A stretch of DNA of 64,000 nucleotides. It comes from an uncultured virus (IMG/VR IMGVR_UViG_3300021400_005597) (Duplodnaviria > Heunggongvirae > Uroviricota > Caudoviricetes). Positions 30,414-40,043 of the stretch are shown here, in pieces. The number at the start of each line of letters is the position of its first letter. The stretch's first letter is position 1. Where the stretch lies: IMG/VR virus record IMGVR_UViG_3300021400_005597. One strand, 5' to 3'. The position numbers and the translations under genes are program-made. The notes beneath the pieces are model-generated. The model saw only the letters and a list, made by a program, of their open reading frames with translations, made no database searches and was not told where the DNA came from.

Positions 30414-31184
30414 TTATTTATCTAAATCTTCATTGGCACTTATAGCTTCGCCGTCTTTGTAATAAAAGAATTCATCATCGCCATATTCGGCCAACAAATC
30501 ATTTAATTCTTTATCAGTTAAATAATCTACAATTTCATTAAATCGTAAATCTTCAAAGGATTTATCCTTAAGGCAATCAAGATAATAACTCATAGTGCCT
30601 TCAAAGTCATCATAATTATTGCATAAGATTTGGAATTCAGCTTTCATAGCGAAAATAGCGGTACTTGCATCACGATATACTAAAGTGCCGGTATCTTTTT
30701 TATCATCAAATGCCATTATATTGCTTTTAGATGCATCATATTCTTTTATCTGGATAATGTCATATTGACTACATTTATGAGTATTTGCTTCATTTAGAGC
30801 ATCTACTGCAGTAGAAAAGTCCTGGCATAAAACTGCTTTTCCAAGGAAATCACCTTTATTGTTAAAATTTATAATCATTGCTTTATATATTTTACTGTCC
30901 ATATATTTCTCCTTATCTAATTTTTCTAAAACATTTATTCTTTCCATATCATTTTCAATCGTAAGAACCTTATTAATACCATCAATAAGGCTTGTGCATT
31001 GATATTGTGTTTTATTATTAACTTCCAATATATATTCAGTACGATTATTTTTAGACAATAATGATTTAAAAACATACATATTATCGCTATTGCCTTTAAT
31101 ATTTCTAATAACTGCCTTGCTTATATTTGGTATTATAGGCTTTATAATCGGTTCTGAAATTTGCAGATCATTTTTTGTAATCAT
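30414..31184 (-). CDS. Hypothetical protein
   Basis: 256-aa ORF. Confidence 0.7.
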   Translation of the reverse strand: MITKNDLQISEPIIKPIIPNISKAVIRNIKGNSDNMYVFKSLLSKNNRTEYILEVNNKTQYQCTSLIDGINKVLTIENDMERINVLEKLDKEKYMDSKIYKAMIINFNNKGDFLGKAVLCQDFSTAVDALNEANTHKCSQYDIIQIKEYDASKSNIMAFDDKKDTGTLVYRDASTAIFAMKAEFQILCNNYDDFEGTMSYYLDCLKDKSFEDLRFNEIVDYLTDKELNDLLAEYGDDEFFYYKDGEAISANEDLDK

Positions 31185-31210
31185 TTTATTTCCCTTAATA
31201 AAATCTCATT

Positions 31211-31780
31211 TTAACTCCAATCATCATAGTCATCTATTTCTTCTATTGTGGGCTTTTTATATTTTTCTTTGCATTCTTCTAACCCTTTATAAAGTCTGTA
31301 AGTTTGGGTTTCAAATCTTCGGAAATCTTTTTGAAATTCTTCGAATGGTATATTTTCTTCAAATCTGCTTGGCGTATATATGGGTTGAAATTTTTCTGTT
31401 ATAGTTGATAGAATGTTACAATAATTTTCCGTGTTATCAGCTAAAGGGATAATACGGTTTATATTAGACGCATATACTCTAAAGAAATGAGGGTGTTTAT
31501 GTTCACCTTTATTATTTTTAATACCATATCTTAATTCGTTATCAGAAATATATGCAATAGGTGCTCCCATTTCTTGTAATTCTTTATATACTCCCTTATA
31601 TAATCTTTCAAAACATAAAATTAAAACATGGTAATCATCAGAAACATATGGTATTTTCTGATCATATATTTGTTTTAATCTATTAAAAGATTCGTTATTT
31701 TTAAGCAAATATGTATTAACTGACGAATCAAAAATAATATTCTTATGCTGATATGGTTTATTTGAAGGCATAAAAATCAT
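31211..31780 (-). CDS. Possible HEPN-domain protein
   Basis: CFERLYKG...KHPH...YTPSRF resembles HEPN E..LK / H / Y...RY. Confidence 0.4.
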   Translation of the reverse strand: MIFMPSNKPYQHKNIIFDSSVNTYLLKNNESFNRLKQIYDQKIPYVSDDYHVLILCFERLYKGVYKELQEMGAPIAYISDNELRYGIKNNKGEHKHPHFFRVYASNINRIIPLADNTENYCNILSTITEKFQPIYTPSRFEENIPFEEFQKDFRRFETQTYRLYKGLEECKEKYKKPTIEEIDDYDDWS

Positions 31781-32039
31781 GCTCCTTTGTATCTATTTCA
31801 TCAAGAGTAATAAACTCTAACAAAAAGACATTATTAGATGATAATTTATCAACTAACAAAGTAATATCATTGCTGATTATATTGTTTTCAATAACTATAT
31901 AGGCTACCTTATAACCTTGAGTTGGGGGAATAATTCCAAGTAGATTTTGGTGCCCAGATAAAGAATTATAAATATTTATAAATGCTTCTTTTTCAATATC
32001 TGTAAAATATAATGGAAGATTTGCGATATTTTTATTCAT
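31758..32039 (-). CDS. Small protein overlapping the HEPN-like gene (degenerate MNT-like?)
   Basis: Position and size only. Confidence 0.4.
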   Translation of the reverse strand: MNKNIANLPLYFTDIEKEAFINIYNSLSGHQNLLGIIPPTQGYKVAYIVIENNIISNDITLLVDKLSSNNVFLLEFITLDEIDTKEHDFYAFK

Positions 32040-32120
32040 TTGAGGTTCTCCTTCTTATGAACTATTATCTACATTATATATGTAAAATAAAAATTGAAAA
32101 AGAATAATTATTGCATTTAT

Positions 32121-32702
32121 TTATGATTGCTGCCATAAATCAAATGGATTATGGAAGAATGAAAACTCATCATTTTCTTCTTCCTGCTCATTTTCTGTAT
32201 ATTTTTTTTCATCATACATGAGTTCTTCTTGTGATTTATATATTTCAGGGTTCATTCTTACAAAATCCTGCTCTTCAGCAATTTCTCTGATTTCTTTTCT
32301 AAAATAATTTCTTCTGTAATTATTTAAGATATCGGCACCGATTTTTCTAAACTCCGGCTGTGAAAGGTTATGTTCTTTTGCATATGCTGTTACATCACTC
32401 ATAACAATAGCAACATCTCTTTCCATATTGAGATTATATAAATATGAAAGGTCGTTAGTTCCAACGCCGGCTTTTAATAATTCAACATCATAATGCACAG
32501 GCTTATTGGTTTCTTGTTCAAGAAGCTTGATTTTCTTAATTTCTTTTGGTGGCTCAATTTGAGCTTTAACCTTATTTACGGCTTCTAATTCCTTTTTACC
32601 AAGAACTTTTTCTACCTGTTTTGAATTTTCTGCAATAACTAATAATTCTTTCATTTCAGGGCTTAGTTTCTTTGAAATTTTAATGTATTCTTCTCTTGTC
32701 AT
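32121..32702 (-). CDS. Hypothetical protein
   Basis: SD; motif at 32748. Confidence 0.7.
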   Translation of the reverse strand: MTREEYIKISKKLSPEMKELLVIAENSKQVEKVLGKKELEAVNKVKAQIEPPKEIKKIKLLEQETNKPVHYDVELLKAGVGTNDLSYLYNLNMERDVAIVMSDVTAYAKEHNLSQPEFRKIGADILNNYRRNYFRKEIREIAEEQDFVRMNPEIYKSQEELMYDEKKYTENEQEEENDEFSFFHNPFDLWQQS

Positions 32703-32791
32703 AATTATTTACCTTTCTTCTAAAAGTCTGGTTATTTCTATATCAATATATGTAAAAAATAAACAAAAAAATATATTTTACATATATATCT

Positions 32792-33541
32792 ATGGAAACT
32801 TGTATTATTTGTGAAAAAATCAATAAAGGCTATAAAACCAGAAATGGAATAATTTGCCAAAGTTGTGCAAAGATATTGCCTAAAGCAGTAATTAAGCAAT
32901 TAAAGAATATAGACACATCCGATGTAGAAAAAGCGTATGGGTATTATTTAACGAATGATAAATTGTTTTCGCATTTTAGGCCTACGCTTGAATATAAAAA
33001 TCTTCAGATTGATGAAACATTAGGGCTTATTTTACTTGGTAGAGAGTCTGATAGAAATATCTTTGATGTTATGGAACTGGCTGATGAGTCTTTTTCGATT
33101 CATACTAAAAACCGTGTTAAAGACGAGATCAACTGCAGGGTTTACGCATCATTTAGATTTGATACTCCAAATATCAGAATTGATGATATTGATATGGGTA
33201 AATTCAAAGTACCTGTTGAAGAAGATGATGCGGATATATTTGTGTCTTTGCCTTATAAAATACAGATTTTAGAACATTCAATTATTGAACTTAATCATAA
33301 AAAGATAAATGAATATAATTATAAACTTGAGAATGCCAAAAGTGCCGACAATGACGAGTTATTAAAGGCAAAGGGATTTTATTTAATTGATGGAGAATAT
33401 ACAAAAGCACAGTTAAAAGAATACAGAGCAAAGATGCTTAAAATGTTTCATCCGGATAATAACCCTTTAGTACAGATTGATGGGATTATAGATAAGATAA
33501 ATGAATATTATTATATTTTACTAGGAGGTTTGAATGAGTAA
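32792..33541 (+). CDS. Zn-ribbon plus C-terminal J-domain protein, probably leaderless
   Basis: CIIC...CQSC; LKEYRAKMLKMFHPDN (HPD); ATG 6 nt after the promoter motif, no SD. Confidence 0.75.
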   Translation: METCIICEKINKGYKTRNGIICQSCAKILPKAVIKQLKNIDTSDVEKAYGYYLTNDKLFSHFRPTLEYKNLQIDETLGLILLGRESDRNIFDVMELADESFSIHTKNRVKDEINCRVYASFRFDTPNIRIDDIDMGKFKVPVEEDDADIFVSLPYKIQILEHSIIELNHKKINEYNYKLENAKSADNDELLKAKGFYLIDGEYTKAQLKEYRAKMLKMFHPDNNPLVQIDGIIDKINEYYYILLGGLNE

Positions 33542-34697
33542 AGCAACAATTAAGGCTATTATGTTTTCTATATATGGGTGTTCTTTAGCGGCCATTGTTT
33601 GTTTTGTTTCACCTGTATTTTTTAAGTTTTATGCAAGAAGATTTGTATTAGGCTTAAGCATGGCTGAATATACAATTATTGCGTGTATTATAGGGGTAAT
33701 GCTTGTAATAATTGCATTGGCCTTAAATGCTTTAAGAAACAGATTAAGACTTAAATATGAATATGATGAATTCGGCGTAAAGAAGAAACTTAATTTGTTT
33801 AATATAGACTCTACCAGCCGAAAAGAAATTGAGATGCAAAAATTGGCTGATATGGAAAGAGTTATTCCAAGGTCTGTATTAGAAAAAGCCACTAAAAAAG
33901 GTGCTATGGATCCTAAAGCGGAATTAGACTCTCTTATTGGCCTAAATAAAGTTAAAACAGAAGTTAACAGTTTATGGGCAAGAATTAATTTTGAGATAAA
34001 ACAACAGCATAAAAAAGGCTATGAAGTTGGGCATATGGTATTTTTTGGTAATGCCGGAACGGGTAAAACAACTGTTGCCAGAATTATTACAGGTATGTTG
34101 TATAAATATAAACTTATTAAATATAACAAGATTATTGAGATTGACGGTAATTTCTTAAAATCAGGTAATGCAGAAGATACAGCCATTAAAACCAAGGCTC
34201 TTATAAGAAAGGCTTATGGTGGTGTGTTATTTATTGATGAAGCATATGCACTTGCTATTGATGGTGATGTGCAGGGTAATCAGGCTGTAGCAACACTTAT
34301 AAAAGAAATGGAAGATAACAGAGATAAGTTTGTTTGTATTTTAGCGGGATATCCAAAAGAAATGAAAGGTTTACTTGATTCTAACCCGGGATTTCGTTCA
34401 AGAATAAAGACTTATATAGAGTTTCCTGATTATAATGCAACAGAATTAACTGAAATTGCTTTTAAGATGGCATCTGAGCAGGATTTAGTATTAACAGCAG
34501 ATGCTATGGACGCAATATCAGTAAGACTTACTAAAGAAAAAGATTTACCGTCTTGGGGTAATGCCAGAACGGTTAGAAATATTATAGATGAAAGTATAAA
34601 CAGACATGCCTTAAGAGTACAGTATATTAAAGATAAAAAAGAACAGTTTACAATCACAAGAGATGATGTAAGCACTAAATGTAATGATGTTATTTAA
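33534..34697 (+). CDS. Membrane-anchored AAA+ ATPase (CbbX/SpoVK family)
   Basis: Two N-terminal TM helices; GNAGTGKT, LFIDEAY, AGY, NPGFRSR, GNARTVRN. Confidence 0.9.
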   Translation: MSKATIKAIMFSIYGCSLAAIVCFVSPVFFKFYARRFVLGLSMAEYTIIACIIGVMLVIIALALNALRNRLRLKYEYDEFGVKKKLNLFNIDSTSRKEIEMQKLADMERVIPRSVLEKATKKGAMDPKAELDSLIGLNKVKTEVNSLWARINFEIKQQHKKGYEVGHMVFFGNAGTGKTTVARIITGMLYKYKLIKYNKIIEIDGNFLKSGNAEDTAIKTKALIRKAYGGVLFIDEAYALAIDGDVQGNQAVATLIKEMEDNRDKFVCILAGYPKEMKGLLDSNPGFRSRIKTYIEFPDYNATELTEIAFKMASEQDLVLTADAMDAISVRLTKEKDLPSWGNARTVRNIIDESINRHALRVQYIKDKKEQFTITRDDVSTKCNDVI

Positions 34698-34708
34698 GGA
34701 GGTTTATT

Positions 34709-35248
34709 ATGTTAGAAACGGGAAAAGATTATAAGATTGACAATATGCTGATATATGAAAATTCATTGTTTGTATTGGGGAAATCCATTGATAAGCACGC
34801 CAAAACGGGTGATTTAGCCTTTATTTTATTTGATAATGGCAAATGTATCTTTGATAAAAGGGATATTAACTCTTCAAAAGAAAGATTTGCTATAAAAGAA
34901 CAATTTAATGAGTTTTTAAGGGATAAGCGTATTGATATAGAAAACCCTAAATGTGTTAATAAGTTGGCATTAGCCAAAGTGCAGTTAGGTGTATCACAAA
35001 AAAGATACGGTATAGACCTTGGTAAAAAGCGATTAGATGCTGATATTGTGGGGCAGGATTTACACAATTTAATTAAATATTTGAAAGAATTTAGCGAAAC
35101 GCAGAAGAAATTGGTGTTGGTTACTGTACATTTAAGTCAGTATCAAAAAGATTTACAGACAATAGATGATCCACATTGTCATATTTTATACAGCAAATTT
35201 ACACCATTTGAAGAAAATGCATTAAAAGATTTCCTGATAAATAAATAA
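34709..35248 (+). CDS. Hypothetical protein
   Basis: GGAGG SD; third gene of the operon; C-terminal H...PHCHILY. Confidence 0.65.
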   Translation: MLETGKDYKIDNMLIYENSLFVLGKSIDKHAKTGDLAFILFDNGKCIFDKRDINSSKERFAIKEQFNEFLRDKRIDIENPKCVNKLALAKVQLGVSQKRYGIDLGKKRLDADIVGQDLHNLIKYLKEFSETQKKLVLVTVHLSQYQKDLQTIDDPHCHILYSKFTPFEENALKDFLINK

Positions 35249-35269
35249 ACCCACATTATGTGGGTTTAT

Positions 35270-35872
35270 TTATATGCCAAGTTCTTCTATGTGCCCTGTT
35301 TTTTGATATTCTTTTATTTGTTTCTGGACCTTTTTCTGGGCCTTTTTGATTTCTTTTTTATGTTCTTTTTGGAACTGTGCTTTCTTTGAATGATAATCTG
35401 TAACAGGCATATAGTTTTCAGCCTTAAAATCTACTTTTTCTTTATCATCGTGTATTTCTGTACAGTCTAAAAAGAGTTTATGAGAATACATTTTAGAGCC
35501 TTCGCTATCCGGTGAATAGAATTCGATAACTGCTCTGTCTGTAATACAATTATCAATATTCAAGATAATTTTATTAAGATTTTCAGGTTTTATTGGCATA
35601 TCATCGAAATGGATTGTTCCGCCATATGAACAGTCATACGGGTGGAAATCTCCATCATATTCAAATGTAAGTTCATATTCCTTATTATCATTATCCACTA
35701 AAATGATATTAGATAGATTGGGATTTGTGTTCCTGAAATCTTCATATTGTTGTATTGTATCTAATAAATTAGGAATAAACCCTAATTTTACATTTTTAAG
35801 TACATGCGTAGGATAAACCATAAATGCTGCTGTCCAAGGATCTTTTTTGAAAGGTAAAAGAGGTATTCTCAT
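35270..35872 (-). CDS. Hypothetical protein
   Basis: 200-aa ORF with SD. Confidence 0.7.
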   Translation of the reverse strand: MRIPLLPFKKDPWTAAFMVYPTHVLKNVKLGFIPNLLDTIQQYEDFRNTNPNLSNIILVDNDNKEYELTFEYDGDFHPYDCSYGGTIHFDDMPIKPENLNKIILNIDNCITDRAVIEFYSPDSEGSKMYSHKLFLDCTEIHDDKEKVDFKAENYMPVTDYHSKKAQFQKEHKKEIKKAQKKVQKQIKEYQKTGHIEELGI

Positions 35873-35886
35873 TTTATTCTCCTGAT

Positions 35887-37773
35887 TTAATCGTAATTTT
35901 CATCATAATCTTCATCATCTTCGTCATAGTCATCATCATAATCTTCATCATCATAATCTAAATTATTATGGTCTCTTTCATACAAACTGTAATCAGTTAC
36001 ACCAAATAACATAATATGGTCGTGGTTAAGATAATAACTTACGGCACTTAAGAATGCTGAGCGAAATTCTGATACTAAATTACTTGGAATTGTTTCATAA
36101 TCATCTGTGCTAATATTATTGAGATAATTGTCTAACGCATCTTCAAAATCTGATAAAGAACATTCTTTTTCAAAATGATTAGTCGTTTTATCAATAAGCG
36201 ACATTATCGAGCTAATATTGTATTCAGGATTATAATAAATAATATTTGAATTACAGTCAATAATGTCTTTTCTCATTTGTAATGGGAGAGAATCGCTGAC
36301 ATAGGCAAGTAATGAATTTACATATACATCTTTATTTGTTAATAATTCCTTACATACTATGCCATCTTTTTTCATATAGTAGCTTTCATTTTCAGAGTCG
36401 CAATATACATAATCGAAATAAGTAACCTCGCCGGATTCCAAGGCTTTTCTTGCTTCTTCCTCTGATTCAAATATAGGGGCTTCAGAGCCTTCTTCGTAAG
36501 AAATGACATATACTTCATAAGGTGTTACAGATGGCTTTCTAGGACCAGCTGATTGAAAATTAGCGTATTGTGTCAACCCATTATATCCAGCACCCATAAT
36601 TACAGTCTTATATGAACTATTTTGAAGATATTTGGCTAATATTGAAGTGTAAACAGATATATCTGCATCATTTGCAAATTCAATATTATCAAAAACTAAA
36701 GTATTTTCATTATCTTCCCATATCTCTGCCTGTGCTTTGATTTCTTTTGTTCTTTTATCTTCAATAATGAAGAAACCAGCCTTAGGATTGAGAAGACCAT
36801 GCATCATAGCAGATTCACCTGCATCATCTAACTTTTGGCAACAAAATGTTGATTGCCCAAGGGTTACTTGTCTTACATCGGTAGCATCCATTATATATGC
36901 TGTATATTTGTCATCAACTGTTTGAACATTAACATCTTTAAGTTCACAAACTACATTTTTGAACTTAAATCCAGGTTTTTTGTACCTTTTTTCAAGTCGT
37001 TTAATTTCAGGTAAAGAGTCTAATTTATCAAGTTCTGCCTTTAATCCATCGACTGTGGTTGTATCTTGAAGGTCAATGTCATCATAGTTTTTGCATAATT
37101 TGTGGATTAAACTATCGTTAGTTTCGATATGATTTACAATCCATGAAGCAGTTTTTAATGCTTTTTTATTATCTTTGAAATATGCGTCATATAATAAATC
37201 GGCTGTATAAAAAGCAATATTTGGGTTATCTGCTAAAGAAATACATTCATCAGGGGTAAATGTTAAGTAAAATAATACTCTGTCATTTTCAGGGATATTG
37301 GTATCTCTCATATATTTTGCAGCACGAAGATTAAATCTATCTACAAAATCTTTATGAGAGAAGTCTTGTGTTTTTGTCTTTTCAAACATAGTATAGACAA
37401 AGGCAATATGATTAACGATATTTGGGATTCTACCGTGGAATCGTTTGTCTCTTTGGAATAATTCTTCTAAAATGCTTTGATTTCTCTGAATATCTTCGTC
37501 AGCTGGTTTCATTGGAGTTTTGAAATTATTCCAATAATTTGTAAGATAATCTGTAAAAATATTATTAGCAGTTTCAAAATCATTGTTTCTGGCTGCTAAA
37601 TGGTATGCTTTGTATAATTTATTAACTGTATATCTGCAAATAGGAATTCTTTGTTCGTGCATTGCATTAAAAATAAACAGCTTTTCATCTAAAATAAGTT
37701 GGTAGTTTTCTTTTAAATTGTAAAGTTCTGATGGGATTTCATCAAAAATATTATCTTCTGTATATCTTGGCAT
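35887..37773 (-). CDS. Large hypothetical protein with CCQ...HG...FDNIE domain and acidic tail
   Basis: 628-aa ORF with SD; motif at 37821. Confidence 0.75.
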   Translation of the reverse strand: MPRYTEDNIFDEIPSELYNLKENYQLILDEKLFIFNAMHEQRIPICRYTVNKLYKAYHLAARNNDFETANNIFTDYLTNYWNNFKTPMKPADEDIQRNQSILEELFQRDKRFHGRIPNIVNHIAFVYTMFEKTKTQDFSHKDFVDRFNLRAAKYMRDTNIPENDRVLFYLTFTPDECISLADNPNIAFYTADLLYDAYFKDNKKALKTASWIVNHIETNDSLIHKLCKNYDDIDLQDTTTVDGLKAELDKLDSLPEIKRLEKRYKKPGFKFKNVVCELKDVNVQTVDDKYTAYIMDATDVRQVTLGQSTFCCQKLDDAGESAMMHGLLNPKAGFFIIEDKRTKEIKAQAEIWEDNENTLVFDNIEFANDADISVYTSILAKYLQNSSYKTVIMGAGYNGLTQYANFQSAGPRKPSVTPYEVYVISYEEGSEAPIFESEEEARKALESGEVTYFDYVYCDSENESYYMKKDGIVCKELLTNKDVYVNSLLAYVSDSLPLQMRKDIIDCNSNIIYYNPEYNISSIMSLIDKTTNHFEKECSLSDFEDALDNYLNNISTDDYETIPSNLVSEFRSAFLSAVSYYLNHDHIMLFGVTDYSLYERDHNNLDYDDEDYDDDYDEDDEDYDENYD

Positions 37774-37872
37774 AACTTTCTCCTTTTTATATGCTTTATT
37801 TTGTTTTTCATCATATTTATATATGTTAAAAAACTACTGAAAAAATATGCTGGAAAATAGGCTTTGATAGAG

Positions 37873-37884
37873 GAACATATGTTT
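37873..37884. promoter_or_regulatory. Putative LexA box upstream of the integrase
   Basis: GAAC-ATAT-GTTT. Confidence 0.5.
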
Positions 37885-37943
37885 CGGTATCGTTTTTTAT
37901 TTTTTTATTTCACATATATCGTCCAAACGATTACAGAGAGGAT

Positions 37944-39320
37944 TTGGAGATGGGAATAAAAGAAGAACTTAAAAAGACTGAAGAAACTATTAAAAAAATT
38001 TCGCTATCAAGGGAAAGTTTTGATATAATGGGCGTAGACGAAACTACCTTTGAAACAATAATGAGGGATTTATCGAACAAACAAAGAACTTTGAAAATTG
38101 AATATGCGAAACAAAAACATGTTACTAAAGATGGTAAACCAAGAATGGTAACGCCTAATGGGAAATATTTTAAGACCTATTTACCGGATAAAACAACTGT
38201 TAGAGCAAAAACTGTTGATGAGGTGTACTTAAAACTTTACGACTACTATTCAGAGGACGGCAATTATATTACTGATTTTAGCGTGCAAAATATTTACTCT
38301 TTGGCAATTGATGCAAAAAAGAAAGCCAAAGGCGTGAGCAATAATAAAGCTGATATTTCAAAAAGTAATACTATTTTGAGATTAACTCAGGATTATAACC
38401 GTTTTATTACACCCGAGTTTGCTAAAATGGATACACAGTCTATAACACAAAATAAACTTTATGATTATATTATAGACGAATTAAATGATATTTATAGCAA
38501 AACGGGTAAGAAACTGTCTCATAAGTCATTCAATGACCATTTTAAGCGAATACTTAATTTAATTTTTGATTATGCTGCAGATCACGACATACTTGAGTAC
38601 AATTTTCTTCGCAAGAGCAATAAATTTGCATCAACTAATTTCTCAGATTTACTTGATTATGGGAAAAAGGATGCGAAAGAAAAGGCTTTTAGTGAAGAAG
38701 AAATAAAAACTATGGCAGATGAGATACAAAAACGCATTGAAATGTGGTTTGGGAAAGGTAAAATTTACACTACCGGCTATATGTTTATTTTGGCGACCGT
38801 TACAGGTTTAAGAATCGGCGAGCTGTGTTCACTTAAAAAAGAAGATGTTAATTTTAATGAGAAATATATACATGTTCATGCTCAGCAGTTAGAAGAAAAA
38901 GACGGCGATGGTTTTGGATATGTTGATCACACAAAAAATGAGAAAAATGGCTCATTAGGTGGCAGGTATGTTCCTTTAACAGATAATGTTTGTGAATTAT
39001 TGCAAGAATTATTTGAAAAACAACAACAATTTGGGATTAAATCTGAATGGGTATTTTGTAATGAGAACGGTGATTGGATTAGGCATACCCAGTATAGCCA
39101 GTTTCTTCGCAGACTTAGTAAGAAATTTGGATACGGAATAACCAATAACCACGCTATACGAATGTATTTTAACTCTTATAAACTTGTGCCACTTGGCGTT
39201 GAAGCCCCGGAGAGAGCCAAAATGCTTGGGCATAGTATAGAGGTTAACCTTAAGCATTATAGTTTTGCTGACAGGGACTATTGTGAAAAAATTAGGCAAA
39301 AACTTAATAAAATTGGTTAG
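37944..39320 (+). CDS. int: Tyrosine recombinase/integrase
   Basis: TGLRIGEL (R), TKN (K), HAIR (HxxR), MLGHS (H), KHY (Y). Confidence 0.93.
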   Translation: MEMGIKEELKKTEETIKKISLSRESFDIMGVDETTFETIMRDLSNKQRTLKIEYAKQKHVTKDGKPRMVTPNGKYFKTYLPDKTTVRAKTVDEVYLKLYDYYSEDGNYITDFSVQNIYSLAIDAKKKAKGVSNNKADISKSNTILRLTQDYNRFITPEFAKMDTQSITQNKLYDYIIDELNDIYSKTGKKLSHKSFNDHFKRILNLIFDYAADHDILEYNFLRKSNKFASTNFSDLLDYGKKDAKEKAFSEEEIKTMADEIQKRIEMWFGKGKIYTTGYMFILATVTGLRIGELCSLKKEDVNFNEKYIHVHAQQLEEKDGDGFGYVDHTKNEKNGSLGGRYVPLTDNVCELLQELFEKQQQFGIKSEWVFCNENGDWIRHTQYSQFLRRLSKKFGYGITNNHAIRMYFNSYKLVPLGVEAPERAKMLGHSIEVNLKHYSFADRDYCEKIRQKLNKIG

Positions 39321-39493
39321 TGCCTACTTGTGCCTACTATTTTTAGGCATTAAAAAACCCCGAAAACCTTGATTTTACGGGGATTTTTAGGGAAGCGATA
39401 GACGGGGCTCGAATACATATATCATAGCCTTAAACCCTTGTAAATACGGGCTTTGCAGAGTGTGTGCATAACTTGTGCCTACACTTTGCCTAC
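39320..39493. mobile_element. attP site: tRNA-Gly 3'-end core with flanking arm repeats
   Basis: 39391-39413 reverse complement is TTCGAGCCCCGTCTATCGCTTCC (T-loop, T-stem, acceptor CTATCGC, U73); paired TGCCTAC repeats at 39321/39331 and 39476/39487. Confidence 0.75.
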
Positions 39494-39561
39494 AAAACAT
39501 TTGTTCGCTTTTGAAAAAATGGAAGAAAGGAGAAAAGGTGGTTTCGTCTTATTTTATAAAA

Positions 39562-39990
39562 TTATTCTTCTATTTCCTTCCAATAAGTAATCAATCTTTT
39601 GTCTTTTTGTTTTTTACAGGTGTAAGCTATATATACATCTTCATATCTGTTTTCCATATAATCATTATCAACATAAATATAGCCATATTCATCTACTGTG
39701 CCCTCACATACTTCGATGCATTCAAGGTTAAGTACGCTACCGTCATCATTGATGATATATGCAGTATCTCCGGCTTCAACTTTATATAATGTCTTAAAGT
39801 CCTGAGTTCTATGGTCTGCAATTATCCAATTATCTAATAGAAAATCCACATTATTCTCTGATGAATTGTAAAAGCAAGCGGAGTTTTTAGCATCACATAC
39901 GCTTTGCTCGTGGCTATAATATAATGGTACATCAATCTTTGCTGATGGGATTTGAAATGAAACGGCTAAGCCTAATAATAAACCTAACAT
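39562..39990 (-). CDS. Sortase-like protein
   Basis: IPSAKIDVPL, IADHR (His), AYTC (Cys), KRL (Arg); hydrophobic N-terminus. Confidence 0.7.
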   Translation of the reverse strand: MLGLLLGLAVSFQIPSAKIDVPLYYSHEQSVCDAKNSACFYNSSENNVDFLLDNWIIADHRTQDFKTLYKVEAGDTAYIINDDGSVLNLECIEVCEGTVDEYGYIYVDNDYMENRYEDVYIAYTCKKQKDKRLITYWKEIEE

Positions 39991-40043
39991 GATGTTTGTC
40001 CTTTTTTTTATTTTTTTGATATTGCTACTGCTTTCTCCGCCGA

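Noticed and set aside
35890..35960. TCATCA/TAATC short repeats (also about 3875-3915 and 62013-62055)
   Set aside because: They simply encode Asp/Glu/Tyr-rich tails and are not independent DNA elements
39391..39413. Full tRNA gene
   Set aside because: Only the T-loop and 3' acceptor strand are present, with no D-arm or anticodon arm; treated as an att core
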